DNA of 64,000 nt from Chloroflexi bacterium CSP1-4 (GTDB lineage Bacteria; Chloroflexota; Limnocylindria; Limnocylindrales; CSP1-4). The stretch covers positions 18,133-82,132 of the forward strand of contig LDXM01000006.1 in assembly GCA_001443375.1 (NCBI GenBank), written 5' to 3'. Both the position numbers and the translations under genes were made by a program. Positions 10,278 to 20,813 of this stretch are shown here, piece after piece; position 1 is the first letter of the stretch, and each line of letters begins with the position of its first letter. The notes under the pieces are model-generated. The model saw nothing but the letters and a program-made list of their open reading frames with translations, ran no database searches and had not been told where the DNA came from.

Positions 10278-10411
10278 CGGCGGGCGAGCGGACCTCGGTG
10301 CAGCGGCCTGGGCGGAACGACGCGATCCCGTCGCGCGTCACTACCGAGCGCGGGTCGCCGGCGCCCATGAGAACGGAACAGCCGGCTGAGTATGGTAGAG
10401 TCCCGGGCCGT

Positions 10412-13126
10412 ATGCAAACCAGCCTCGCGCGCCGCAACGCGCGTCGCCGCAACGGCGGCCGACGGCGCGGCGGAGGGGCGGCTCGTGCCGCCGCTGTCAT
10501 TCTCCCTCTGTTCCTCTTCGTCACCTTCGTCGCGGTCGCCGGCGTGGCCTTCGTGGGGGCCGTTTCGGCCTATGCGTTCTACAGCCGGGACCTGCCCGAC
10601 GCCACGGACCTCGAGAAGATCGCCTTCAACGAGCAGTCGATCATCTACGACCGCACCGGCATCGTGGAGCTGGCGCGCTTCGGCGACCAGCGGCGCGAGA
10701 CGGTCACCTTCAACGAGATCCCGCCCGTCCTGCTCGACGCCACGACGGCGGTCGAAGACCGGTCCTTCTGGACCAACACCGGCTTCGACCCGGTGGGCAT
10801 CGCCGCCGCGGCCGTCGCCACCCTGAGGGGCGACCCTCGCGGCGGGTCGACGATCACCCAGCAGCTCGTGCGCCAGCGGCTCCTCGACGCGACGCTGGTG
10901 CAGGACCCGGCGCGCACGGTCGAGCGGAAGATCAAGGAGATCATCCAGTCGGTGCGCGTCACGCAGGCCTACCCCGGCCTCGAGGGCAAACAGCGCATCA
11001 TCACCGCGTACCTGAACCAGAACTTCTACGGCAACAACGATTACGGCATCAAGGCAGCCGCGAAGGACTACTTCGCCGTGGCCGACCTCAAGGACCTGAC
11101 GCTGGTCCAGGCGGCCGTCCTGGCCGCCATCCCCAAGTCGCCCACGAGCTTCGACCTCGTCCGCAACGCCGTCGCCCAGGAGGACGGGACGCTCATCGTG
11201 CCGGCCGACACGGACATCGCCAGGCGCCGCAACCTCGTGCTCGACCTCATGGAGGAGGGGCGCACGCCGATCAGCGACGAACGCGGCATCCGCTACTCCG
11301 CCGCCGACTTCGACGAGGCCCGGGCGTCGCCGATCATCCTCGCCCCGCGTGCCGTGCCCACCTGGAAGGCGCCGCACTTCGTGTGGCAGGTGCGCGAGCA
11401 GCTGACGTCGGTCCTCTGCGATCCCGGGGCCGGGACCTGCCCGGCCCTCGAGCACGGCGGCCTCAAGATCATCACCACCCTCGACTGGCGCCTCCAGGTG
11501 CTCGGCGAGCGTTGGGTCAGGGCCGCCGCCATCCTGCCCCACGCCAAGGATCCCGAGGCCTACGCGGCGAAGATCGGCGTCAAGTACCAGTCCTGGATGG
11601 CCAAACTGCGGACCAAGAACGTCTTCAACGGCGCGCTGGTCGCGATGGACTACGAGACCGGCGAGATCGTCGCCTACGTCGGATCGGCCGACTACTACGC
11701 GACCAAGGCCACGAAAGAGTTCCAGCCGCAGTTCGACGTCCTCGCCGACGGCTGGCGCCAGCCGGGCTCGGCCTTCAAGCCGTTCAACTACGTGACGGGC
11801 ATCGACGATCGCACGATCACCGCGGCGACGATGCTCATGGACGTCACGACGAACTTCGCCGCCAGCGGCAAGGAGTACGTGCCCACCGACTTCGACAACC
11901 TCGAGCGCGGTCCGGTCCGCGTCCGCAGCGCCCTGCAGTTCTCGCTCAACATCCCCTCCATCAAGACCCTCGCCTACAACGGCATCGACCACGTCTTCGA
12001 GGCGTCCAAGAAGATGGGCCTGCGCTTCCAGCGTGAGCGCACCGATGCCGGACTCTCGATGGCCATCGGGACGGTCGAGACGCATCCCGTGGATCTCGTG
12101 ACCGGCTACGCGACGATCGCCAACGGCGGTCGGTACATCGGCCACACGGCGATCCTGCGGGTGCTCGACGCGCAGGGGAAGGACGTCGTCTCGCCCTACA
12201 CCCCCCCGGCCGGGGAGCAGAGCGTCAGCCCGCAGGCGGCCTACATCATGACTGACATCCTCGAGGGGAACACCGACCCGAAGATCAACCCCTTCTGGGG
12301 CAAGTTCAACATCCTCGACAAGGACGGGAAGCGGCGGCCGGCGGCCCTCAAGACCGGTACCAACAACGACGCCAAGGACCTCAACGCTTACGGCTACATC
12401 GCGCCGCCCACGGCCGAGGGGCGCAAGCGCGGCGAGTACGCCCTCGCGGTGGGCGCCTGGAACGGCAACAGCGACAACACCGAGGTGAGTACGCCGCGCA
12501 ATCCGGTCTTCTCGCTCGACGTGCCGGCGCCCGTGTGGCAGGGCTTCCTGGTGCAGGCGACCAAGCAGTGGGAGATCCGCGATTTCGTGCGGCCCACGGG
12601 CATCACCGAGGCGACCGTGGATGCCTTCACCGGCATGGCGCCGGGCGCGTTCACGACCAGCACGATCGAGGAGCTGTTCATCGAGGGCACCGAGCCGCGC
12701 ATCCCCGACGACACGAAGTTCGCCCTCCAGATCGAGGAGGAGTCCGGGCTGCTGTGGGCCGAGGGCTGCAGCGGCACGCCGGTCACCCGCGGCTTCCTGG
12801 ACCTGTCTCGCGTGGAGTCGGCCTTCCCGCTCTGGCAGGAAGCGAACCGGGGCTGGATCGAGCGCGCGAAGCAGGGCCCCGGCGTCCGTGGCGGTCCCAA
12901 GGGCACCCGTACGACCTACTTCTACAATCTCGGCTACCACCCCTACGGCTCCACCTGGGGCGCCCCGTTCCCGCCCACAGAGACCTGTGTTCCTGCCCCC
13001 TCCCCGCTCCCGCCCGACACGCCGTTCCCGCCCGACACGCCGCTCCCGACCGACGCGCCACAAGCGAAGCACACGCCGAAGCCGAGGCCCACCGCGATCC
13101 CCGCACCGACGCCCGCCCCGACCTGA
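10412..13126 (+). CDS. Class A penicillin-binding protein (transglycosylase/transpeptidase)
   Basis: N-terminal TM; EDRSF, GGSTITQQL, RKIKE, YLN; RQPGSAFKP (SxxK), SLN, KTGT; Pro-rich tail; extended -10 TGGTAGAGT upstream. Confidence 0.92.
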   Translation: MQTSLARRNARRRNGGRRRGGGAARAAAVILPLFLFVTFVAVAGVAFVGAVSAYAFYSRDLPDATDLEKIAFNEQSIIYDRTGIVELARFGDQRRETVTFNEIPPVLLDATTAVEDRSFWTNTGFDPVGIAAAAVATLRGDPRGGSTITQQLVRQRLLDATLVQDPARTVERKIKEIIQSVRVTQAYPGLEGKQRIITAYLNQNFYGNNDYGIKAAAKDYFAVADLKDLTLVQAAVLAAIPKSPTSFDLVRNAVAQEDGTLIVPADTDIARRRNLVLDLMEEGRTPISDERGIRYSAADFDEARASPIILAPRAVPTWKAPHFVWQVREQLTSVLCDPGAGTCPALEHGGLKIITTLDWRLQVLGERWVRAAAILPHAKDPEAYAAKIGVKYQSWMAKLRTKNVFNGALVAMDYETGEIVAYVGSADYYATKATKEFQPQFDVLADGWRQPGSAFKPFNYVTGIDDRTITAATMLMDVTTNFAASGKEYVPTDFDNLERGPVRVRSALQFSLNIPSIKTLAYNGIDHVFEASKKMGLRFQRERTDAGLSMAIGTVETHPVDLVTGYATIANGGRYIGHTAILRVLDAQGKDVVSPYTPPAGEQSVSPQAAYIMTDILEGNTDPKINPFWGKFNILDKDGKRRPAALKTGTNNDAKDLNAYGYIAPPTAEGRKRGEYALAVGAWNGNSDNTEVSTPRNPVFSLDVPAPVWQGFLVQATKQWEIRDFVRPTGITEATVDAFTGMAPGAFTTSTIEELFIEGTEPRIPDDTKFALQIEEESGLLWAEGCSGTPVTRGFLDLSRVESAFPLWQEANRGWIERAKQGPGVRGGPKGTRTTYFYNLGYHPYGSTWGAPFPPTETCVPAPSPLPPDTPFPPDTPLPTDAPQAKHTPKPRPTAIPAPTPAPT
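13004..13057 (+). repeat. 18-bp tandem repeat x3 encoding PLPPDT/PFPPDT/PLPTDA in the PBP tail
   Basis: ccgctcccgcccgacacg ccgttcccgcccgacacg ccgctcccgaccgacgcg. Confidence 0.85.
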
Positions 13127-13150
13127 TCGGGGGCTCGCCTGCGGGGACGC

Positions 13151-15544
13151 CTAGAGCAGGACGATGCTGGCGCCGTCGCCGCCCTCGCCGCGCTCACCCG
13201 GCCGCCACTCCTTCACCAGCGGGTGCCCCGACAGGAGTGCGCGGACCGCGTCGCGCAGCGCGCCCGAGCCATGGCCGTGCACGATCGTCAGGCGCACGGC
13301 GCCGGCGACCGCGGCCTGGTCCAGATAGCGGTCGAGGGTCTCGAGCGCCTCGTCCACCCGCGCCCCTCGCAGGTCGAGCGTGGCCTGGACGCCACGCGGC
13401 GGTGCCTCCCGCGTCGGGCGCGCGGCCCCCAGAGCACCCCGCCGGCCGGATCGTGGCTCGGCGGCGACGACCACTCCGTCGGCGCGCGCCGGCGTCGCCG
13501 CGCCGGTCGGTGCCACGAGGTCCGCCACCTCCACGGCGACGCGCATCCCGCCGGCCTCGAGCGTCGCCCGGCGGCCGTCCTTCTCGATCACGGCGATCCG
13601 GCCCTCCCACCCACCGCTCCCGCTGCGTGCGTGCATGCCGACACGCCAGGCCGGGGCCACCGCCTGCGCGGCCGATTCGGGGCGTGAGCGGGCTCGTCGC
13701 GGGGCGGGGATGGCCGCCAGGCGTCGGTCCAGCGCCGCGTCGAGGGCATCGAGCCGCTCCACGGTGAGCGCGCCGCGCTCGAGTGCAGCCCGGGTGACGC
13801 GGATCTCCTCACGCACGGCGGCCAGCGCCCGATCCGCCTCTTCGCGGGCGCTCATGAAGGCGTCGTCGCGCTCGCGGCGCGCTCGCGCCCGCTCGATCTC
13901 GGCGGCCTGTTGCGCCTCGCGCGCCCGGGCCTCGGCCAGACGGGCACGCTCGGTGGCAGCGTCGGCCGCTTCCCCCGCCTCGCGGATGCTGGCCAGCGTC
14001 GCCTCGAACTCGACCTGCGCCCGCGAGAGGCGCGAGCGGGCGTCGGCGACGAGGTCAGCCTGCAGTCCCAACCGCTCGGCGATGGCGAAGGCCTGGCTGG
14101 TGCCCGGCAGCCCGATCGTGAGACGGTATGTCGGGCTGAGCGTCTCGAGGTCGAACTCGACCGCGGCGTTGCGCGCCGCCGGGGTGTTGTGCGCGTACGT
14201 CTTCAGCTCCGCGTAATGGGTCGTGGCGGCCACGAGCGCCCCGGCGCGGATGAAGTGATCGAGCAGCGACTGGGCCAGTGCCGAACCCTCGGTCGGGTCG
14301 GTACCGGCGCCCAGCTCATCGAGGAGTACCAGGCAGCCCAGCCCGGCCGAGGCGACGATGCGCACGATCGAGCGCAGGTGCCCGGAGAAGGTGGACAGGG
14401 ACTGCGCCACCGACTGCTCGTCGCCGATGTCGGCGAAGATGTCACGGAAGACGGGTAGCCGGCTACCGGTCGCGGCGGGCACGTGGAGCCCCGCCTGGTG
14501 CATGAGGGCCAGCAGGCCGAGCGTGCGCAGCGCGACCGTCTTGCCGCCCGTGTTGGGCCCGGTGATGACGAGCGCGGTGTAGTCGCCGCCGAGCCGGACG
14601 TCGATGGGTACCACGCGCCCCGTCAACCCGGGATGACGGGCCCCGAGGAGTTCGACCTCGGGGACGGTCGCCGTCTCCGCGCGCACGCCGTCGAGCTCGC
14701 CGGCCAGGCGCGCCTTGGCCGACCAGAAGTCGAAGTCGGCAAGCGCGCCGAGGGTCGCGCGGAGCGCCGCGGCCTGCGCGCCCACCAGCGCCGAGAGCTC
14801 GTCGAGGACCCGCTCCTCCTCGACCTGCACGGCCAACTGGGCTTCGCGCCAGGCGTTGCCCAGCTCCACCACGGCGAGCGGCTCGATGAACAGGGTCTGG
14901 CCGCTGCCCGACTGGTCGCGCACGATGCCCTTCACCCGGCCCTTCGCCTCGGCGCGCACGGGGATGACGTAGCGGCCGTCGCGCAGCGTGACGATCGGCT
15001 CCTGCAGGGCGCCGGAGAACTCCGCGCCGTGGACCATCTGCTCGAGGCGTGAGCGCAACCGCTCGTAGGCGACGCGCACCGCGCGACGCAGCCCGCCCAG
15101 CGCCGGCGAGGCCGAGTCGAGCATCTCGCCCGCCGGATCGAAGCTCGTCTCCAGGCGCAGCCGCAGGTTCGGCAGCGGCTGGATGCGCCGGCCGAGCTCG
15201 CGCAGCAGCGGTCGCCGCTCGTCGCCCAGCGCGTCGGCGAGGCGCGTCGCCGCCTCGAGCGTGACCATCACGTCCACCAGCTGCGCCGCCTCGAGCCGCC
15301 CGGCCCGGGCAGCCCGCTCGATGGCCGGCCCGATGTCGCGCGCGCCACCGATGCCCACGCCGGGCCGCTCCGCGAGGAGTCCGCGGGCCTGGTCCGTCTC
15401 ATCGAGGCCCCGCCCCACGATGACCGGCTCCGGGCTCGGGCTCAGCGCATCGGCAAGCCGGCGGCTGGGCCCGAAGCTCGTGTTCGCCGCCAGCCGCTCG
15501 CGGACCTGTGGGAATTCCAGCAGCGCCTGGGACTTGGTGTCCAC
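13151..15544 (-). CDS. mutS2: MutS2 (Smr-domain ATPase; ribosome collision/antirecombination factor)
   Basis: ITGPNTGGKT, DIGDEQS..QSLSTFSGH, LDELGAGTDP.EG, TTHY, coiled coil, Smr LDLRG...IVHGHGSGAL. Confidence 0.95.
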   Translation of the reverse strand: MDTKSQALLEFPQVRERLAANTSFGPSRRLADALSPSPEPVIVGRGLDETDQARGLLAERPGVGIGGARDIGPAIERAARAGRLEAAQLVDVMVTLEAATRLADALGDERRPLLRELGRRIQPLPNLRLRLETSFDPAGEMLDSASPALGGLRRAVRVAYERLRSRLEQMVHGAEFSGALQEPIVTLRDGRYVIPVRAEAKGRVKGIVRDQSGSGQTLFIEPLAVVELGNAWREAQLAVQVEEERVLDELSALVGAQAAALRATLGALADFDFWSAKARLAGELDGVRAETATVPEVELLGARHPGLTGRVVPIDVRLGGDYTALVITGPNTGGKTVALRTLGLLALMHQAGLHVPAATGSRLPVFRDIFADIGDEQSVAQSLSTFSGHLRSIVRIVASAGLGCLVLLDELGAGTDPTEGSALAQSLLDHFIRAGALVAATTHYAELKTYAHNTPAARNAAVEFDLETLSPTYRLTIGLPGTSQAFAIAERLGLQADLVADARSRLSRAQVEFEATLASIREAGEAADAATERARLAEARAREAQQAAEIERARARRERDDAFMSAREEADRALAAVREEIRVTRAALERGALTVERLDALDAALDRRLAAIPAPRRARSRPESAAQAVAPAWRVGMHARSGSGGWEGRIAVIEKDGRRATLEAGGMRVAVEVADLVAPTGAATPARADGVVVAAEPRSGRRGALGAARPTREAPPRGVQATLDLRGARVDEALETLDRYLDQAAVAGAVRLTIVHGHGSGALRDAVRALLSGHPLVKEWRPGERGEGGDGASIVLL

Positions 15545-16207
15545 TCAGCCGCTCCGCGGAAAGGGGCGCGACAGCGAGGCGTGATCGCGCACGCCGAAGC
15601 GCCAGGGCCGGTCGGACCAGCCGGCGCCGGCATAGGCGACGCCGACACGCGCGGCAGCCGCCACACCGTCGGCCAGCAGCGCCTCCCGCATGCCCGCCGC
15701 CGGCGCCGCCAGCCAGAGCGGCCCGGGAGCCGTGAGGTCGGCGCCGTCGAGCTCGAGGCCGATGCCGAAGGCCGCCCCGACGTTGCCCGGGCCCGCCGCC
15801 AGCCGTGCCCGCGGCGGTGCTGTCCGAGCGGGGGGCGTCCGGCGGACAGCCAGGGCCACGATGCCCTCGAGCGGAGCCACCGCCCGCACCAGCACGGCGC
15901 CCACCCCACCGTCAGCGGCGCCCACGACGTTCAGGCATGTGTGCAGTCCGTACACGCGGTAGACGTAGGCGTGGCCCGGCGGCCCGAACATCGCCGCGTT
16001 CCGCCGGGTCGGCCCGGCGCGGGCGTGGCTGGCGCGATCCGCGGGACCGCCGTATGCCTCCGTCTCGACGATCACGCCGACGCTCGCGGTGCCGTCCTCC
16101 CAGCGCCGCACGAGGCGCACGCCGAGGAGGGCCACCGCCAGCTCGATGGTCGGGCGCGTGAAGAAGGACCGCGGCAGCGGAGAGAGGCCGGTCCTCGACT
16201 CGTGCAT
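15545..16207 (-). CDS. mpg: 3-methyladenine DNA glycosylase (MPG/AAG family)
   Basis: IVETEAYGG..D.ASHA, MFGPPGHAYVY..YGLH.CLNVV, AVLVRA, GPGN, PWRF. Confidence 0.92.
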   Translation of the reverse strand: MHESRTGLSPLPRSFFTRPTIELAVALLGVRLVRRWEDGTASVGVIVETEAYGGPADRASHARAGPTRRNAAMFGPPGHAYVYRVYGLHTCLNVVGAADGGVGAVLVRAVAPLEGIVALAVRRTPPARTAPPRARLAAGPGNVGAAFGIGLELDGADLTAPGPLWLAAPAAGMREALLADGVAAAARVGVAYAGAGWSDRPWRFGVRDHASLSRPFPRSG

Positions 16208-16245
16208 CCCGGTCGCGCGCCCGTCGGGCCGCGCATCGGCGGGGC

Positions 16246-16827
16246 TCAGCCGAGGACGAGCTGTCGGATCTCGCCCGGGATGAACGGGGCGAGCACCGCC
16301 AGGACGAACGGCACGATCGTGTCCCGGACCCAGCCGCCGACGACCGAATCGACGAGGGCGGTGTGCAGTCCCGTGACCCAGGAGACGTCGACGATCCCCT
16401 GGAGTGGGCGCCCGGCGTAGAAGGTGTCGAGGCCGATGATCGCACCGGCGACCAGGAGCAGGGCGACGGCCAGCATGAGGAACCCGCCCAGGACTTCGTC
16501 GAGGATCGGCCAGCGGCCGAGCAGCGGGGCGCGCTTGGTGAAGACGGCGACGGCAATGCTGGCCAGCACGAGGGCGACCGTGAAAGCGATGCCGAAGGCC
16601 AGCATCTCGCTGTACCCGGTCTCGAACTGCGTCCAGTAGCCCGACAGCCAGGTGCCCAGGGGCTGCCACAGGTTCGCCGCCAGGACGAAGGCGAAGGCCC
16701 ACGTGCCGAACACCATCAGGCCGCGCGTCACGCCCTGGAAGAAGCCGAAGACGAACGCCGCGGCGAAGAACAGCAGGAGGAGGATGTCCGCTGCGGTCAT
16801 GCTCTGGACGAGACCGACGATGTCCAT
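16246..16827 (-). CDS. cvpA: CvpA family membrane protein
   Basis: DILLL...GFFQG..R, several TM helices, LDEVLGG; pheT-cvpA-mutS2 context; upstream TGCTACGCT -10 and GGAG RBS. Confidence 0.75.
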   Translation of the reverse strand: MDIVGLVQSMTAADILLLLFFAAAFVFGFFQGVTRGLMVFGTWAFAFVLAANLWQPLGTWLSGYWTQFETGYSEMLAFGIAFTVALVLASIAVAVFTKRAPLLGRWPILDEVLGGFLMLAVALLLVAGAIIGLDTFYAGRPLQGIVDVSWVTGLHTALVDSVVGGWVRDTIVPFVLAVLAPFIPGEIRQLVLG

Positions 16828-16905
16828 GACGACTCCGTGTTCGGGGACTCGGTGGCCTAGCGTAGCAGCGCGTCATCCCCACGGGCAACAGACCCGGACC
16901 GGCCC

Positions 16906-19371
16906 TCAGGACCGCAGACGCGCCCCGAGACGTTCGCCCAGGGCGGTCACGACGCCGGCGACGATGGCCTCGATCTCGGCGTCGGTGAGCGTCCGGCCGG
17001 CCTGCAGGCGCAGCCGATAGGCGAGGCTCGACTCCTCCGCCCCCAGCGGCGCGCCCCGGTAGCGATCGAAGAGCCGGACGTCGCGCAGCATCGGCCCGGC
17101 CGCGTCGCGGATGACCGCCTCGACCGCGCCGGCGGGCACATCGTCGCCCACGACCACCGCCAGGTCACGCTCGACGGCCGGTACGCGAGCCAGGGGCACG
17201 AGCCGGCGCACGGCTGGCACGGCCCCCAGCAGCGCGGCTACGTCCACCGTCGCGAAGGCCGCTCGGCTCGCCCGCGCGTCGACGGCGGCCAGGAGTCGCG
17301 GATCCAGCTCGCCGGCACGCCCCACCTCGGCACCTGACGACACGAGGCGAAGGAGCGCCGTCCGACCCGGGTGCTCGACGGTGGGCAACGACGCGGTCGT
17401 CTCGGCCACGAGGCGTCCGGCGCCTGCGCGGTCCACCAGCCAGGCCAGGAGGCCCACGACATCGGCCATCTCCGCGCCGCGGGCAGCCTGGTCCCAGGCC
17501 CCGGGCACCCAGTCCCCGGCGAGCAGGATGCCGAGCACGAGCGACTCGACCGGTGCGCCGTCCCGGAAGCGATGGATCGACCCGACCTCGAACAGGGCCA
17601 CGTCATGCCGGCGCTGGTGCTCGTTCTCGATCAGGACCCGCAGGAGCCCCGGCAACAGCGAGCGGCGAAGCTGCGAGTGCTCCAGGGAGACCGGGTTCGC
17701 GACGCGGATCGTGGCCGGGTCGTCGGCGGCAAGGCCGAGCCGGCCGTGGTCTTCGGGCCCGATCAGCGCATGGGTCACGACCTCGTCGAGGCCTCGACCG
17801 GCGAGCAGCTCGCGCAGGTCGTCGAGACCGCGGCGCGGGTCGGGACGGTAGCCGGGCATCGAGCTCGCCGGCCGCTCGCCGGGGATCGTCTCGTAACCGC
17901 GTACGCGGGCGACCTCCTCGATGAGGTCCGTCTCGATCGCGATGTCGCGGCGGTGACCGGGGACGATGGCCACGAGCGCCGCAGCCGCCGAGACCGCGTC
18001 GAGTGCCATCAGGTCGGAGCTTCTGGCGATGGGCACCAGGTCGCCTGCCACCGCGCCCTCGGTGGCGATCCCGACGCGCGCGAGCAGCGCCTGCTGCTCG
18101 TCAGCGGTCACGTCCACGCCGAGCAGGCGGCCGACGCGGGACGGCCGGAACGGGACCCGGCGCGGCGGCGGCTCGACGGGGTCGGTGTCCACCACGCCGC
18201 GCGCCACGCGCCCGCCGGCCCAGGCCGCGATGAGCTGCGCCGTGCGGTCCGCGCCCAGGCGGGCGAGGCGATGCTCCTGGCCCTTCTCGAAGCGCAGGCT
18301 GGCCTCGCTGCGCAGGCCGTAGCGCTGCCCGGTGCGGCGGATGCTGACCGGATCGAAGATGGCCGACTCGATGACGATGGCCGTCGTCCCCTCGCCGACC
18401 TCGCTCGCGGCGCCGCCCATGACCCCGGCGATGGCCAGCGGTCCCGTCCGGTCCGCGATGAGCAGCGTGTCGGTCGTCAGCTCGCGCACGACGTGGTCGA
18501 GCGTCTCCAGCCGCTCGCCGGCGCGGGCGTGGCGCACGATGAGGCGGCCGCCCGCAACGGCGGCGGCATCGAAGGTATGGATCGGCTTGCCCAGCTCGAG
18601 CATGACGTAGTTGCTCGCGTCCACGACGTTCGAGATGGGGCGCATCCCGGCCGCCATCAGCCGCAGCTGGACGTCGAGCGGCGAGGGGCCGATGGCCACG
18701 CCATCCATCCAGCGCCCGACGAACCGGGGACAGAGGGCCGGGTCCTCGACCTCGACGACCAGGTGGGAAGCCGCCTCGTCGCCACTCTCCGCGACGTCGA
18801 TCGCGGGCCAGCGCACCATGGCGCCGGTGGCCGCGGCCACCTCGCGGGCCAGCCCCAGCAGCGACAGCGCATCGCCGCGGTTCGGCTTGACGTCCACGTC
18901 GAGCACGACATCGCCATAGACGTCCGCGAGTCGCGCTCCCAGCGGCGTGCCGGCGGGCAGGATGAGGATCCCCTCGGCGTCGGTCGTCAGGCGCAGCTCG
19001 TCGCCGGAGCAGAGCATGCCTTCGCTGACCACGCCCATCTTCGTCGTGCGCTCGATGCGCCGCTCGCCAGGCAGCATCGCACCGGGCAGGGCGACCGGGA
19101 CGCGCTGTCCCGGGGCGATGTTCGTGGCGCCGCAGACGATGGACAGCACGCCGCCGCCACCGTCCACGCGGACCCTCGTCAGCGAGAGCCGGTCGGCGTT
19201 GGGATGCGGCTCCACGGCCAGCAGCTCCCCCACTACGACATCGCGCCAATCGTCGCCGCGGCGCTCGATGCCCTTGACCTCCATGCCCAGCAGCGTCAGG
19301 CGCTCGGCGAGGGCCTCCGGGCTGAGGTCGACGTCGACGTACTCGCGCAGCCACGACAGCGGGACGCGCAT
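16906..19371 (-). CDS. pheT: Phenylalanine--tRNA ligase beta subunit
   Basis: MRVPLSWLREY, HPNADRL, IVCGATN, SEGMLCS, PNRGD, RFEKG, DLIEEVARVRGY, FDX-ACB C-terminus. Confidence 0.96.
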   Translation of the reverse strand: MRVPLSWLREYVDVDLSPEALAERLTLLGMEVKGIERRGDDWRDVVVGELLAVEPHPNADRLSLTRVRVDGGGGVLSIVCGATNIAPGQRVPVALPGAMLPGERRIERTTKMGVVSEGMLCSGDELRLTTDAEGILILPAGTPLGARLADVYGDVVLDVDVKPNRGDALSLLGLAREVAAATGAMVRWPAIDVAESGDEAASHLVVEVEDPALCPRFVGRWMDGVAIGPSPLDVQLRLMAAGMRPISNVVDASNYVMLELGKPIHTFDAAAVAGGRLIVRHARAGERLETLDHVVRELTTDTLLIADRTGPLAIAGVMGGAASEVGEGTTAIVIESAIFDPVSIRRTGQRYGLRSEASLRFEKGQEHRLARLGADRTAQLIAAWAGGRVARGVVDTDPVEPPPRRVPFRPSRVGRLLGVDVTADEQQALLARVGIATEGAVAGDLVPIARSSDLMALDAVSAAAALVAIVPGHRRDIAIETDLIEEVARVRGYETIPGERPASSMPGYRPDPRRGLDDLRELLAGRGLDEVVTHALIGPEDHGRLGLAADDPATIRVANPVSLEHSQLRRSLLPGLLRVLIENEHQRRHDVALFEVGSIHRFRDGAPVESLVLGILLAGDWVPGAWDQAARGAEMADVVGLLAWLVDRAGAGRLVAETTASLPTVEHPGRTALLRLVSSGAEVGRAGELDPRLLAAVDARASRAAFATVDVAALLGAVPAVRRLVPLARVPAVERDLAVVVGDDVPAGAVEAVIRDAAGPMLRDVRLFDRYRGAPLGAEESSLAYRLRLQAGRTLTDAEIEAIVAGVVTALGERLGARLRS

Positions 19372-20426
19372 CAGAACTGCTCCAGGAAGCGCGCGTCGTT
19401 CTCGAGGAAGTAGCGGATGTCGTTGATGCCGTAGCGGAGCATGGCGATGCGGTCGATGCCCATGCCGAAGGCGAAGCCCTGGTAGACCTCCGGGTCGATG
19501 CCGCCGTTGCGCAGGACGACGGGGTGGACCATGCCCGCGCCGAGGATCGTCATCCAGCCGCTGCGACCGCAGGCCGGGCAGCCCCCGCCGTCGCACACGA
19601 CGCACTGGATGTCGAACGCCACGGAGGGCTCGGTGAAGGGGTAGTAGCCGGGCCGGAAGCGCGTCGGGCGCCCGGCGCCGAAGAGCGCGTGGGCGAACTC
19701 GTCGAGCAGGCCACGCAGGTGGGCCATGGTCGTGCCCTCGTCCACCATGAGTCCCTCCACCTGGAAGAACTCGAAGCCGTGGCTGGCGTCGACCGCCTCG
19801 TGGCGGAAGCAGCGACCGGGCAGCAGGGCCCGGATGGGCGGCCGCGTCTGCCGCATCACCCGCATCTGGCCGGGCGAGGTGTGGGTGCGCAGCAGCAACC
19901 GATCCCCGTCGTTGGTGGGCGCGTCCACGTAGAGGGTGTCCCACAGGTCGCGGGCGGGATGGTCGGCGGGGATGTTGAGCGCCTGGAAGTTCAGGCTGTC
20001 GGTCTCGACCTCGGGGCTCTCGTAGACCACGAATCCGAACTGGCCGAAGATCCGCGCGATCTCGCGAGTGGTCTCGACGAGCGGGTGCAGCGAACCGCGG
20101 CGCAGGGGGCGTCCGGGCAGCGTGACGTCGACCCGCTCGGCGGCCAGGCGGACCTCGAGCGCGATCGCGGCGAGACGGGCGCGGCGCTCCGCGATGGCCT
20201 CCTCGACGGCCTCGCGCACCTCGTTGGCGATGGCGCCGACGCGCGGCCGATCCTCGGCCGGGAGGGCCCCGATGCCGCGCAGGACCGCCGTCAGGGCTCC
20301 CTGTTTGCGACCGACGAAGGCGGTCTCGGCCGCCTCCAGCTCCTTGAGATCGTCGGCGTCGGCCACCGCCGCCAGGGCGCGCTGGCGGAGCGCCGCGAGA
20401 TCGGCGCTGACCGAGGCGAGATCCAC
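19371..20426 (-). CDS. pheS: Phenylalanine--tRNA ligase alpha subunit
   Basis: NFQALNIPADHPAR, LLRTHTSPGQ, FFQVEGL, RFRPGYYPFTEPS, GFAFGMGIDR. Confidence 0.97.
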   Translation of the reverse strand: MDLASVSADLAALRQRALAAVADADDLKELEAAETAFVGRKQGALTAVLRGIGALPAEDRPRVGAIANEVREAVEEAIAERRARLAAIALEVRLAAERVDVTLPGRPLRRGSLHPLVETTREIARIFGQFGFVVYESPEVETDSLNFQALNIPADHPARDLWDTLYVDAPTNDGDRLLLRTHTSPGQMRVMRQTRPPIRALLPGRCFRHEAVDASHGFEFFQVEGLMVDEGTTMAHLRGLLDEFAHALFGAGRPTRFRPGYYPFTEPSVAFDIQCVVCDGGGCPACGRSGWMTILGAGMVHPVVLRNGGIDPEVYQGFAFGMGIDRIAMLRYGINDIRYFLENDARFLEQF

Positions 20427-20447
20427 GACCGCCGGCTCAGCTCGCCG

Positions 20448-20798
20448 TCAGGACGGGCGGGCGACCTCGACGATGCGGGCGAAGGTCGCCGCATCGCGCA
20501 CGGCGATGTCGGCCAGGACCTTGCGGTCGAGGGCGACGCCCGCGGTCTTCAGCCCGTTGATGAGCTGTCCGTACGTCGTACCGTTGAGGCGCGCCGCGGC
20601 GTTCAGCCGAACCACCCAGAGGCCGCGCATCTGGCGCTTCCGCTGCTTGCGGCCCACGTAGCTGTAGGCCATCGCGTGGAGGAGTGCCTCTCGCGCCGGC
20701 TTGATGAGCTTCGAGCGCGTGCCCTTGCGGCCTTCGGCGGCCTTGAGGAGACGCTTGTGTCGCTTGTGGGCGGCGACGCCGCGCTTGACGCGTGCCAT
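20448..20798 (-). CDS. rplT: 50S ribosomal protein L20
   Basis: MARVKRG, RKQRKRQMRGLWVVRLNAAAR, LDRKVLADIA. Confidence 0.97.
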   Translation of the reverse strand: MARVKRGVAAHKRHKRLLKAAEGRKGTRSKLIKPAREALLHAMAYSYVGRKQRKRQMRGLWVVRLNAAARLNGTTYGQLINGLKTAGVALDRKVLADIAVRDAATFARIVEVARPS

Positions 20799-20813
20799 CG
20801 GTTCGTGGTGCTC

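Noticed and set aside
10278..10400. Possible T-box upstream of tyrS
   Set aside because: No GGTGGNACC T-box motif, and the leader is too short.
10220..13072. 950-aa - strand ORF and many similar long antisense or alternate-frame ORFs
   Set aside because: They overlap well-supported genes, have Arg/Pro/Ala-rich nonsense composition and are expected from stop-codon scarcity.
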